From assembly GCA_016218805.1 (NCBI GenBank), contig JACRCW010000078.1, forward strand, positions 1 through 38,693: a DNA stretch of 38,693 bases. Direction: 5' to 3'. This document shows positions 1 through 7,934 of the stretch, piece after piece. Under the pieces are notes generated by a model. The model searched no databases, had not been told where the DNA came from, and saw nothing but the letters and a program-made list of their open reading frames with translations. The translations under genes and the position numbers were made by a program. The stretch's first letter is position 1; every line of letters starts with the position of its first letter. The stretch is from Deltaproteobacteria bacterium (GTDB lineage: Bacteria; Myxococcota; JACRCW01).

Positions 1-284
1 CCGAGCCCGACCCAGGGCCCAAAACCCGCGGCGGTTTCCTCTCGGGTCCAAATATCGTTGTTCGTGCCCCTCACGAACAGAGAACGGTAGCCCCATGAGT
101 CTCGAACGACGACCGGCGGAGAGGTTGCAGTGCCGCCCATGCCGGTTCTTGTCCAGGTACCAAATGGCATCGGCTGGTCCACGCGCACGGTCGCATTGGA
201 TGCGTTCCGGAAGAAGAAGGACACACCCGATGAGATGAGATAGGCCAAACGCAATCGCATGGGGGACCCCTCGGGGTACTGCAT
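1..284 (-). CDS. partial ORF running off the left edge; lectin-like beta-propeller repeat protein (PLL/fucose-lectin-type blade)
   Basis: Manual translation of the minus strand from ATG 284 (or 260): MQYPEGSPMRLRLAYLISSGVSFFFRNASNATVRVDQPMPFGTWTRTGMGGTATSPPVVVRDSWGYRSLFVRGTNNDIWTREETAAGFGPWVGL..., no stop before base 1. GG..tS.P.vv...G...lFVRGTNN.IW...W..L is the typical blade motif. Start uncertain; frame open back to TGA at 432-434. Confidence 0.6.
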   Translation of the reverse strand, partial: MQYPEGSPMRLRLAYLISSGVSFFFRNASNATVRVDQPMPFGTWTRTGMGGTATSPPVVVRDSWGYRSLFVRGTNNDIWTREETAAGFGPWVGL

Positions 285-450
285 GGATGCAGCACTCGCC
301 TCATACTGCAGGCCCAACCCAGTGGAACCGCCCCGATCGGGGGGGTCCGCGCAGCGGAAGGTTCTGGGAACACAACCTGGGACGCGATCAAACCGGTGCC
401 GTGACGCCGTGGGGGTGACGCCGTGGATAGATCAACGCCGGAGGCGCTCG

Positions 451-668
451 GGGTCTGATCGCCCATGGTTGTGGTCCCTGCCGGTGGGGCAGCCACAGGA
501 TCCCAAAGCGCCGAGGTGGTGTGGCACAGCCGCCCCGGCTGTGCCGGTGCATGGCGACGTCACGGGTGTCCCGCTGGCGTCCCGGCCGGGGGCGGCCGGG
601 CCACACCGCGCTGGCGTGCTGGTTGGCCGCAGCAGCGTTGTCGATCCCAGCTCTACAACCACCTCTCA
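451..668. mobile_element. MITE-like element, copy 1 (inverted relative to copy 2; one end decayed)
   Basis: Reverse complement aligns by eye to 10705-10924 with 15 substitutions and one 2-nt indel. End GGGTCTGATCGCCCATGGTTGTGG intact at 451; outer ~8 nt of the other TIR missing; no target duplication visible. Confidence 0.8.
518..607. repeat. inverted REP-like doublet (REPIN-like) inside MITE copy 1
   Basis: GTGG-CACAGCCG-ccc-CGGCTGTG (521-543) and CCCGGCCG-gggg-CGGCCGGG-CCAC (581-604), flanked by GGT/ACC. Confidence 0.75.
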
Positions 669-730
669 AGGGACAGCTTGAATTATCCGGCTTCCGCTTG
701 CGGCCGCTCCCTGATGCCCGGCTTGCCCGC

Positions 731-1435
731 TTACCCCTCCGGCTTGTCCTCTCCACCGGTCCCGCCCTCATCTCCGCCGGTGTTCTCCCCACCCGGCGCC
801 GTCCCACCAAACAACACATTGAGCGAGTACAGCGCCGCCTTGTCCGGGGCCTTGCGGTTGATGACCCGGCCACGCCGGCTGATGGAGAGCAGACGTGCGT
901 ACAGCGCTTTGCTGGCGCGGGCCTTGTCGGCGGCGGGGACCTTCTGTTCAATCTTGCCGGACTCCTGCTTGAGTTCGGAGCTGGTCAGGGCGGCCTGGGC
1001 TCTCTTCACGTCTTCCACCAGGTCCGCCACCATGATGGGGTTCTTCAGTTCCGTGCCATGCTTCTCCAGCATCTTGGCGAGCACCAGGGCCGGGGTGACC
1101 AGGTTGGCGGCGTCACCCGCCGGGAAGTTCATGTTGAAGTAGTTCACCTCCAGCCCCGCGTCGTTCTGGAGGTCCTTGGCCGCATCCCGCGCGGCAATGA
1201 GCTGGGTGCGCGGGTCAGCCTGGCTGAGGGTGGCCACCTTGGTTTCCGCCACTGCGCCAATCCGGTTGGCTGATTCTGACGCTCCAATCTCCACCAGGCG
1301 GTGCGCTTCAACCAACTCCGCTTCTGCGTCCGGGTAGCCCTTGGCCACAAAATCGGCGCGCTGTTCCCACGCCACCGGGGTGAGTTTGAACAGTTGGGAC
1401 ACCAGGTCTGCCTGGGTGAACTTGTGGTCCGTCAC
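731..1435 (-). CDS. hypothetical alpha-helical protein with Gly/acidic C-terminal tail; probably the downstream part of a gene starting near 1559 and frameshifted at 1442-1444
   Basis: 234-aa ORF with protein-like composition and GC3-rich codons; tail GGENTGGDEGGTGGEDKPEG. An upstream frame (DDELLLTADTEPTFDKVLTKLGRR) also looks coding and joins by removing one base. Confidence 0.7.
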   Translation of the reverse strand: MTDHKFTQADLVSQLFKLTPVAWEQRADFVAKGYPDAEAELVEAHRLVEIGASESANRIGAVAETKVATLSQADPRTQLIAARDAAKDLQNDAGLEVNYFNMNFPAGDAANLVTPALVLAKMLEKHGTELKNPIMVADLVEDVKRAQAALTSSELKQESGKIEQKVPAADKARASKALYARLLSISRRGRVINRKAPDKAALYSLNVLFGGTAPGGENTGGDEGGTGGEDKPEG

Positions 1436-1583
1436 CCGAAACCCGCCTGCCGAGTTTGGTCAGCACCTTGTCAAAGGTGGGTTCCGTGTCCGCAGTGAGG
1501 AGCAGTTCGTCATCTCCGCGTCCCGGTTGGGGTTTTGTCTGATCAGCGAGACTGCCCAAACAACCTGCGCGTTGTCCACGCAG

Positions 1584-1806
1584 TGGGAACCCCAAGGCCT
1601 GTCACTGGGAGGGCCAGGAAGTGTCATGGGGGCACACACCGCATGACCTGGGAAGGTCCAAAAGGTGTCATGGGGGCGCACGTGGCATGACATGGGAAGT
1701 CACCCCGGGCTGGTGGGAGGTGGGCTCCGGCCTGGTGGGGAGGTTCCTCCGGGTCCCTGGGTGGGTGGCTACGAGTTGCTGGGATGGGGGTTCCAGGTGA
1801 CTGGGA
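1584..1806. repeat. phased degenerate array, 11 TGGG-anchored units of 21-22 nt
   Basis: TGGG at 1584, 1606, 1627, 1649, 1671, 1693, 1714, 1736, 1758, 1780, 1802; units 2+3 and 4+5 form a ~44-nt higher-order repeat. Confidence 0.8.
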
Positions 1807-1841
1807 GACGCGTCCGCGGCCTGCCTGCGGGCGCCTGCTGG

Positions 1842-4187
1842 CTACGGAATGGTGACCCGCCGCAGCGTGCGCGCCGTGGCGTCATCCGCCACCCAGTAGA
1901 GGAACCCGCCACCCACGGCGATGGGCGGCTGTGCGGTGAGAAGGCCGGGCACCGGCTGCGCGGTGCACGTGGAGGCGGTGCCGGCACCGGTAGCTTCCGC
2001 GACGGTGCAACGGCTCACCGGCTGGCCAGGGGCCCCGGAGAAGTAGATGTGCGTGGCGTCCACAGCCACGTCTGACGCGGGCACGCTTCCGGGTGGGAAG
2101 GTGGCGGTGCACGAGCCCCCCGGGGGCGTACACAGCTCCAGCTGGCTTCCGGAGCGGACCCACGCCACCACGGTGGGGCCGGAGGCGAGTTGCATGAACT
2201 GCAGGTTGGTGACCGGCTGGAAGTAGGGCATCCCGCCACCGGTGGCCCACGGATATTCGAAGACGACGCCCCCGCCCATCCCGGGGACATAGTCATTCCC
2301 CAGCAACAGCGTTCCGCTGGCGCCCTCCTTGGCGGCCAGCGCGCCGGCAAAGCGCAGCGGCGGCGCGGCCGTGGATGGAGTGCAGTTGGGCAGCGCGCAG
2401 GTCTCCAGCGCGGCCGTGGTGCCCGCCGCCGGGTGATCAGACCAGGCCAGTGCGCCCGCCGCCACGGCGACGTGAGCGGGTGCGGGCATCGTCGTGGGCA
2501 CCACGGTGGCGGTGCAACCCGCGGTGGCGGGAGCCTGGCAGAACTGGACCTGGCCGTTGACCACCCACGCAATCCAGTTTCCGTCGGTGGCCAGGTCAAG
2601 TACCGCCGCACCGGCGGGGAAGGTGTGGACCAGCTCACCCATTGCGCCGCCGGAACTGCCCGTTCCCGACGACGCCCTGGCCGCCGAGGACGCGCCGCCA
2701 ACCGAGGACGCGGCGCCGGATGATGAGCGCCCGGTGGTGCTGCTGCCGCCCGCCGCCGAGGAGGACGGCTGCGTGGACGCGGCGGCGGACGACGGCGGCA
2801 GCGTTGAGGTTGCTGCGCCGGAGGACGACGGCGCCGGGGCGGACCGGCTGGTGGAAGACTGGCTGGAAGCGGACGCGCCCGACGACGGCGCCAGGCTGGT
2901 GCCGGACGCGGGCCCCGACGATGACGACACCCCGCCGGAGGAGGAGGAGGACCCTCCGCTCCCGCCGCCATTGCCCTGGGCCTCAAACCCGTCGCAGATC
3001 CCGTCGTGGTCCAGGTCGTAGCGCCGCGGGTCTTCGTTGCTGGGGGTGGGGACCTCACCCGGCTGGCCGCACCCGGCCAACTCTTCCATGTCAAACTGCC
3101 CATCGCCGTCGTCGTCGCAGTCCCGGCTTTCGCACGGCGCGGTGGGGTCCTGCACGCACGCGGCGTGACAGGTCTCCATGCCCATCTGGTCCAGCGCCTG
3201 CAGGTCATCCCCGTCCAGGTCGTTGAACTTGCGCGGGGTGACCGTGAGGCTGATCTCGCGCGGCTCGCCGGAGAGCAGCACGTGCCCAAACGTGATGGGC
3301 AGCCACTCCGGGACGTTGACGTCCACGCGGTACACGCCGGGCACCAGGTCCAGGAACGTGACCGTCTGCAGCAGGTCACCCGCCGTGTCCACCACGGAGA
3401 CCGCGGGTGGGCAGCCGTCCGGCGGGGAGGCACCCAGCGGGCAGGCCGCCGCCAGGTTGGAATCCAACAGCGGCAAGCCTTCACTGGGGGTCGCCCCCGG
3501 CCCCGCGGGCTGATCAAACTGTACGGTCAGCGTCGTCGGCGTGGACACGCACTCCAGCCGAAGGTCACCCAGCTCGGCGGTCTGGCCGGACTCCACGGTC
3601 ACTTCATGCGCGGTGAGAGCGCCGGTGCCCGCCGCCACCACCGTCCAGGTCCACGCGCCCAGGCCGCGCACGGTGAAGGTGCCGTCCGCGGCGGGCACCA
3701 CCAGCACCGGCGTCCCGTCAATGATCACCCGCACGGTGGCCATGTCCACGCAGCCGGGGTTCACCGCCGGAGGGAGGACGCGCCCGTTCAGCGTGGCGGG
3801 GGGCAGCAGGACAATGCGCCCCATGTCCACGCGCGCGCGCTCCTCCTTGCCCGCAGGAACGCGAATGGCCGCCTCCACCACCTTGGCCAGGTCCGCCACA
3901 CCGTCGTGGTCCGGGTCATAGGACATCAGCAGCACGTGGGTGCCCTGGGGCAGGTTGCGCACCGTGAAGCGCCCGTCTGAACGCGTGACCCGTGATTGTG
4001 ACCCCTGCCGCAGCAGCACGCGGCCGCCCGCCAGCGGGCCCTCCTGTGTGGCCCCGGGCGGCGTACCCACCAGCACACCCGTGACGTCCCCCGGTTCCAG
4101 GTCCGGGAACACGTCCTGGCAGTACACGCATCCGCCGCCCACCAGCCCCAGCGCCACCGCCAGCAGCCCATTCCTGTTGCGCAACAT
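1842..4187 (-). CDS. large putative lipoprotein: carboxypeptidase-regulatory-like beta-sandwich domains, DxDxDG Ca-binding-type motifs, Ser/Gly-rich linker, C-terminal beta-propeller-like domain
   Basis: ATG 4187 with GGAGG RBS; MLRNRNGLLAVALGLVGGGC signal/lipobox-like; TRSDGRFTVRNLPQG and PAADGTFTVRGL motifs; DLDGDD, DDDGDG, DLDHDG; long Ser/Ala/Gly stretch. Confidence 0.75.
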   Translation of the reverse strand: MLRNRNGLLAVALGLVGGGCVYCQDVFPDLEPGDVTGVLVGTPPGATQEGPLAGGRVLLRQGSQSRVTRSDGRFTVRNLPQGTHVLLMSYDPDHDGVADLAKVVEAAIRVPAGKEERARVDMGRIVLLPPATLNGRVLPPAVNPGCVDMATVRVIIDGTPVLVVPAADGTFTVRGLGAWTWTVVAAGTGALTAHEVTVESGQTAELGDLRLECVSTPTTLTVQFDQPAGPGATPSEGLPLLDSNLAAACPLGASPPDGCPPAVSVVDTAGDLLQTVTFLDLVPGVYRVDVNVPEWLPITFGHVLLSGEPREISLTVTPRKFNDLDGDDLQALDQMGMETCHAACVQDPTAPCESRDCDDDGDGQFDMEELAGCGQPGEVPTPSNEDPRRYDLDHDGICDGFEAQGNGGGSGGSSSSSGGVSSSSGPASGTSLAPSSGASASSQSSTSRSAPAPSSSGAATSTLPPSSAAASTQPSSSAAGGSSTTGRSSSGAASSVGGASSAARASSGTGSSGGAMGELVHTFPAGAAVLDLATDGNWIAWVVNGQVQFCQAPATAGCTATVVPTTMPAPAHVAVAAGALAWSDHPAAGTTAALETCALPNCTPSTAAPPLRFAGALAAKEGASGTLLLGNDYVPGMGGGVVFEYPWATGGGMPYFQPVTNLQFMQLASGPTVVAWVRSGSQLELCTPPGGSCTATFPPGSVPASDVAVDATHIYFSGAPGQPVSRCTVAEATGAGTASTCTAQPVPGLLTAQPPIAVGGGFLYWVADDATARTLRRVTIP

Positions 4188-4338
4188 GACCCACCTCCAG
4201 GACCCGCGTGTCCGCAGGCGACGACGGTCATGCCGTGGTTTTCCTCCCGTGACAAGACCGCTCCGGCGCGGTGCCCCTACGTGGTAAGCGTGAACACGGC
4301 GGGGCGCGCAGGCGTCCCAGGATGTCACGGAGGCAGGG

Positions 4339-4908
4339 ATGCGGATGTTTGGGGCTGTGGTGATGACGGGTTGCCTGCTGGCAGGCGCGGCCGTGCAGGC
4401 CCGCGAGCTGGCCGGCGTCAAGATGGATGAGACAATGAAGGTGGGGGACGCGGAGCTCAAGCTCAACGGGATGGGCGTGCGCACCAAGAAGGTCGCGTTC
4501 GTCTCGGTCAAGGTTTACGTCGGTGGGCTGTACCTGACCGCGCCGGCCACCAAGGCGGACGCCGCCATCGGGCCGGACGCACCCAAGGCCCTGGTGATGC
4601 AGTTCGTGCGTGACGTGGACAAGGGCAAGCTGGTGGATGCGTGGAAAGAGGGATTTCAGAACAATTCGCCGGACAAGGTTGCCGCGCAAAAGGCCGCCAT
4701 TGACAGGTTCCTGGCGTTTGTTGTGGACGTGAAGGACGGCCAGCGCATCACGTGGCTCTACGAACCGGGCAAGGGCAGCACCATCACCATCGGGGCCAAG
4801 TCCGTCACCGTCGAAGGCAAGGAGTTCGCGGACATGTTCCTGGCCACCTACATCGGCCGGGACCCGCCCACCGCGGATTTCAAGACGGCGCTCCTCGCCG
4901 GGAAGTGA
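4339..4908 (+). CDS. chalcone isomerase-like (CHI-fold) exported protein
   Basis: Signal peptide, LKLNGMGVRTK...VKVYVGGLYL motif, C-terminal YIGRDPPTADFKTALL; GGAGG upstream. Confidence 0.85.
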   Translation: MRMFGAVVMTGCLLAGAAVQARELAGVKMDETMKVGDAELKLNGMGVRTKKVAFVSVKVYVGGLYLTAPATKADAAIGPDAPKALVMQFVRDVDKGKLVDAWKEGFQNNSPDKVAAQKAAIDRFLAFVVDVKDGQRITWLYEPGKGSTITIGAKSVTVEGKEFADMFLATYIGRDPPTADFKTALLAGK

Positions 4909-4930
4909 TCCGGCCGCACGGCCCGCATCC

Positions 4931-5308
4931 TCACAGGCAGGACGCCGGCACGCAGCCCTTCCGGCCGCCGTCCTCCGCCGGATCCCCGCGGCATGCCGCT
5001 CCGCTGCCGCATTGCTCGTCGTTGTCGCACGGGCGCGTGCAGAACCAGTCCTTCGTGTCAGGCTCAAACTCCACCGTGCAGATGATGGCGGCACCGGGAG
5101 CGCGCCCGTAGTTGTCGTCGCATTCGCCGCCGCCGCGTGAGCAGAACTCACCGACCATCTTCTCATTGCCGTTGGAGCACGGCGCCACGCACGAGGCGCT
5201 GGCATCCAGCTCCGGTGCCACGTAGCAGCTGTCCCCGCCGGGCAACGGCGGCGGCCGCAAGGGGCACGCGGACACCAGCAGCAGCGGGAGCAGGGCAGCG
5301 GTTTTCAC
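4931..5308 (-). CDS. small Cys-rich lipoprotein
   Basis: MKTAALLPLLLVSAC lipobox; many Cys including CTRPCDNDEQCGSGAAC. Confidence 0.75.
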   Translation of the reverse strand: MKTAALLPLLLVSACPLRPPPLPGGDSCYVAPELDASASCVAPCSNGNEKMVGEFCSRGGGECDDNYGRAPGAAIICTVEFEPDTKDWFCTRPCDNDEQCGSGAACRGDPAEDGGRKGCVPASCL

Positions 5309-5396
5309 GGGCCCGGCGTTGTACCCCCCCGCCGCCCGCGCACAAACCGGTGCGCGGCACCTATGGCGCGGTGCACCACTCTGCTAGACGCGCCGC

Positions 5397-6899
5397 ATGT
5401 CTCGGCTCCCCGTGGTGGCCATCGTCGGCCGCCCCAACGTCGGCAAGTCCACGCTGTTCAACCGGCTGGCCCGCCGCCGCATTGCCATTGTGGATGACGA
5501 GCCGGGCGTCACGCGGGACCGCCTGTACGCCATGGCCCGCCCGCCGGGGTACCGCTTCCACCTTATCGACACCGGTGGCCTGGACCCGGACAATGCGCAC
5601 GAGTTCTTTGTTGGCATCCGCGAACAGGCCACCGTGGCCATTGAGGAGGCGGACGTCGTCATCCACGTGGTGGATTCGCGCGCGGGGCTGCACCCGGATG
5701 ACCGCTTTGTGGCGGAGCTGCTGCGCAAGCACGGCAAGCCCGCGGTGACCGCCGCCAACAAGAGTGACGCCAAGGACCACGTGGACCTGCTGCCGGAGTT
5801 CTATGAACTGGGCGTGGCGGACGTCATGCCGGTGTCCGCGGCGCATGGGCTGGGCGTGTCTGACCTGGTGGACAAGGTGCTGTCCCTGTTGCCCACGGAG
5901 CTGCGCGCGGAAGCCGAGCAGCGCGCGGCGGATGAGGACGCCCAGCCCCGGGGCCGCGCGGCGCGCCGGGCCGCTGCCGAGGCCGCGGAGGCCGAGGCGC
6001 CGCCGCCGGAGGAAGGCGAGGGCCGCGGCGACGAAGTGCACGCGCCCCCGGAGCTGCGCGTGGCCATTGTGGGGCGTCCCAACGCGGGCAAGTCCAGCCT
6101 GGTGAACGCCATCCTGGGCGAGCCGCGCCTGATGGTCAGCGAGATTGCCGGCACCACACGGGACGCGGTGGACACGCTGGTGGAGCGGGATGGCAAGCGG
6201 TACGTGCTCATTGACACGGCGGGCCTGCGGCGCAAGCGCAGCGTGGCGCGCAAGGTGGAGAAGTTCTCCGTGGTGGCGGCGCTGCACGCGCTGGAGGACG
6301 CGCACGTGGTCTGCCTGGTGCTGGACGGGTACGAAGGCGTCACCGAGCAGGACGAGAAAATCGCCGAAATGGCGTTCAACGCCGGCAAGGCGCTGGTGAT
6401 TGTGGTCAACAAGTGGGACCTGGTGGAGGACGCGGTCCGGCGCCGTGAGGAGTACGCCAAGCGCGTGCTGGATGAGATGGGGTTTGTGGCGTACGCGCCG
6501 GTGGTGTTTGCCAGCGCGCTGCACAAGCAGGGCACGCAGAAGGTGCTGTCCACCGTGGACACCGTGGCGCAGCACCACTTCCGCCGCGTAGGCACCGCGC
6601 GCATCAACAAGGCCTTTGAGCGCGCCGAGGAAGGCCACCACCTCCCCAGCTTCAAGGGCCGCCGCGTCAGCCTGTACTACGCCACGCAGGTCGCCATCGC
6701 CCCGCCCACCATCGTCGTCGCGTGCAACATGCCGGAGGGCATCCACCCCAGCTACCGGCGCTACCTGCAGAACGCCATGCGCGAGCAGTTTGGCTTTGTG
6801 GGAACGCCGCTGAAGATCATCTTCCGCCGGCGCGGAAAGGACATTGGCCGCTCCGGTCACACGCACCGCAAGCGGAGGGATCCCACGCAGCATGGCTGA
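5397..6899 (+). CDS. der: ribosome biogenesis GTPase Der (EngA)
   Basis: Two GTPase domains (GRPNVGKS/DTGG/NKSD; GRPNAGKS/DTAG/NKWD) and KH-like C-terminus (YRRYLQNAMREQFGFVGTP). Confidence 0.97.
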   Translation: MSRLPVVAIVGRPNVGKSTLFNRLARRRIAIVDDEPGVTRDRLYAMARPPGYRFHLIDTGGLDPDNAHEFFVGIREQATVAIEEADVVIHVVDSRAGLHPDDRFVAELLRKHGKPAVTAANKSDAKDHVDLLPEFYELGVADVMPVSAAHGLGVSDLVDKVLSLLPTELRAEAEQRAADEDAQPRGRAARRAAAEAAEAEAPPPEEGEGRGDEVHAPPELRVAIVGRPNAGKSSLVNAILGEPRLMVSEIAGTTRDAVDTLVERDGKRYVLIDTAGLRRKRSVARKVEKFSVVAALHALEDAHVVCLVLDGYEGVTEQDEKIAEMAFNAGKALVIVVNKWDLVEDAVRRREEYAKRVLDEMGFVAYAPVVFASALHKQGTQKVLSTVDTVAQHHFRRVGTARINKAFERAEEGHHLPSFKGRRVSLYYATQVAIAPPTIVVACNMPEGIHPSYRRYLQNAMREQFGFVGTPLKIIFRRRGKDIGRSGHTHRKRRDPTQHG

Positions 6900-7890
6900 G
6901 CCGCCCGCCCCGGCAACGCCCCCGGAGCCGCCGGCCCCGCCGCCCGCTCCCGCCCCGCGTGTCTCCCCGTGGGCGCGCCTGGTGGCCCACGCTGAGTTGT
7001 GGCGGGACGCACTGCACGCGTTCGTGGCGGATGACGGCACCGTCTATGCCGCGGGGATTGCCTTCTACGCGCTGGTCTCCATGGTCCCGCTGGCCGCGGT
7101 GCTGCTCGCCATTGGTGGCAGCGTGCTGGCCGGCGCCGGCGCGGGTGACGCCAGCATGGCGCTGATGGACGACGTCATTGACGCGCTGCGCTACCTGGTC
7201 CCCATTGCCCCGGAACAGGACCTGCGCGCGGTGCTCACCTCGCTGGTGGCGCGGCGCGGTGACATTGGCCTTTTGGGCACGGTGGGGCTGCTCATCGCCG
7301 CCAGCCAGGTGGTCAACGCCATCCGCCGCGCGGTGGCGCGCCCCTTCGGCATTGTCCTGGGCGAAACCCCCGGCGTGCCCCACCCGTCGCTGTGGGAGCG
7401 CGGCGCGCGGGCGGTCATTGAGCTGGTGCTCGGGCGGTTCAAGACGCTGTTCTGGATCAGTGCGCTGGGGTTTGGCGCGGGCGGGCTGCGCGTGGTCACC
7501 GCCACCGTGGCCTCCGTGATCCATTTGCGGCCGCCCCACGTCGTCACGCATCTGCTGCAGCACCCTTTCGTTGCTGGCACGCTGTCGCAGGTGGGTGGGT
7601 TCATCTTCACGTTCGTCGCGTACAACCTGATCCTCATCCACGTCGCCCGGCGGCAGTCCACGTGGGCGGCGCGCGCGCTGGGCGGCATCTGGTTCGCACT
7701 GCTGCAAGCGCTGGCGGAATGGGTCTACCGCACCTACCTGGAGCACTACGCGCGCCTGTCCGCGCAGTATGGCTCCGTCGCCACGCTCGTGGCGGTGGCG
7801 CTGTGGACGTTCTACTTCAGCTGCGTGTTCATGATCGCGGTGGAACTCACCGCCGTGGCCAGCCGCCGCACGGTGAACGCCCCGACGTGA
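6892..7890 (+). CDS. YihY/BrkB-family membrane protein
   Basis: AAGIAFYALVSMVP and YGSVATLVAVALWTFY motifs, multiple TM segments; ATG overlaps der 3' end. Confidence 0.85.
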   Translation: MAEPPAPATPPEPPAPPPAPAPRVSPWARLVAHAELWRDALHAFVADDGTVYAAGIAFYALVSMVPLAAVLLAIGGSVLAGAGAGDASMALMDDVIDALRYLVPIAPEQDLRAVLTSLVARRGDIGLLGTVGLLIAASQVVNAIRRAVARPFGIVLGETPGVPHPSLWERGARAVIELVLGRFKTLFWISALGFGAGGLRVVTATVASVIHLRPPHVVTHLLQHPFVAGTLSQVGGFIFTFVAYNLILIHVARRQSTWAARALGGIWFALLQALAEWVYRTYLEHYARLSAQYGSVATLVAVALWTFYFSCVFMIAVELTAVASRRTVNAPT

Positions 7891-7934
7891 GCGCTTGCCT
7901 GCGCCTTGCTCCCCGTTACCATCGCGCCACGCCC

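Noticed and set aside
450..470. Tn3-type end (GGGGTCTGA)
   Set aside because: Resemblance stops after 9 nt, and the intact copy has a 9-bp rather than 5-bp TSD.
1437..1445. Programmed -1 frameshift at GGGTTTC (minus strand)
   Set aside because: The coding-looking upstream frame needs a +1 shift; the frame that would slip -1 has stops and no start.
1460..1693. ORF 1460-1693 joined to 731-1435 by TGA read-through or selenocysteine
   Set aside because: Same frame, but the upstream translation is not protein-like and no SECIS-like context is evident.
1584..1806. CRISPR array
   Set aside because: Conserved part is only 4-5 nt, period is 22 nt, and no cas gene is recognisable in the window.
5361..7040. 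Long antisense or alternative-frame ORFs (also 10592-12268, 14744-16360, 18265-19881, 21501-23186)
   Set aside because: Shadow ORFs expected at this GC content, opposite well-supported genes.
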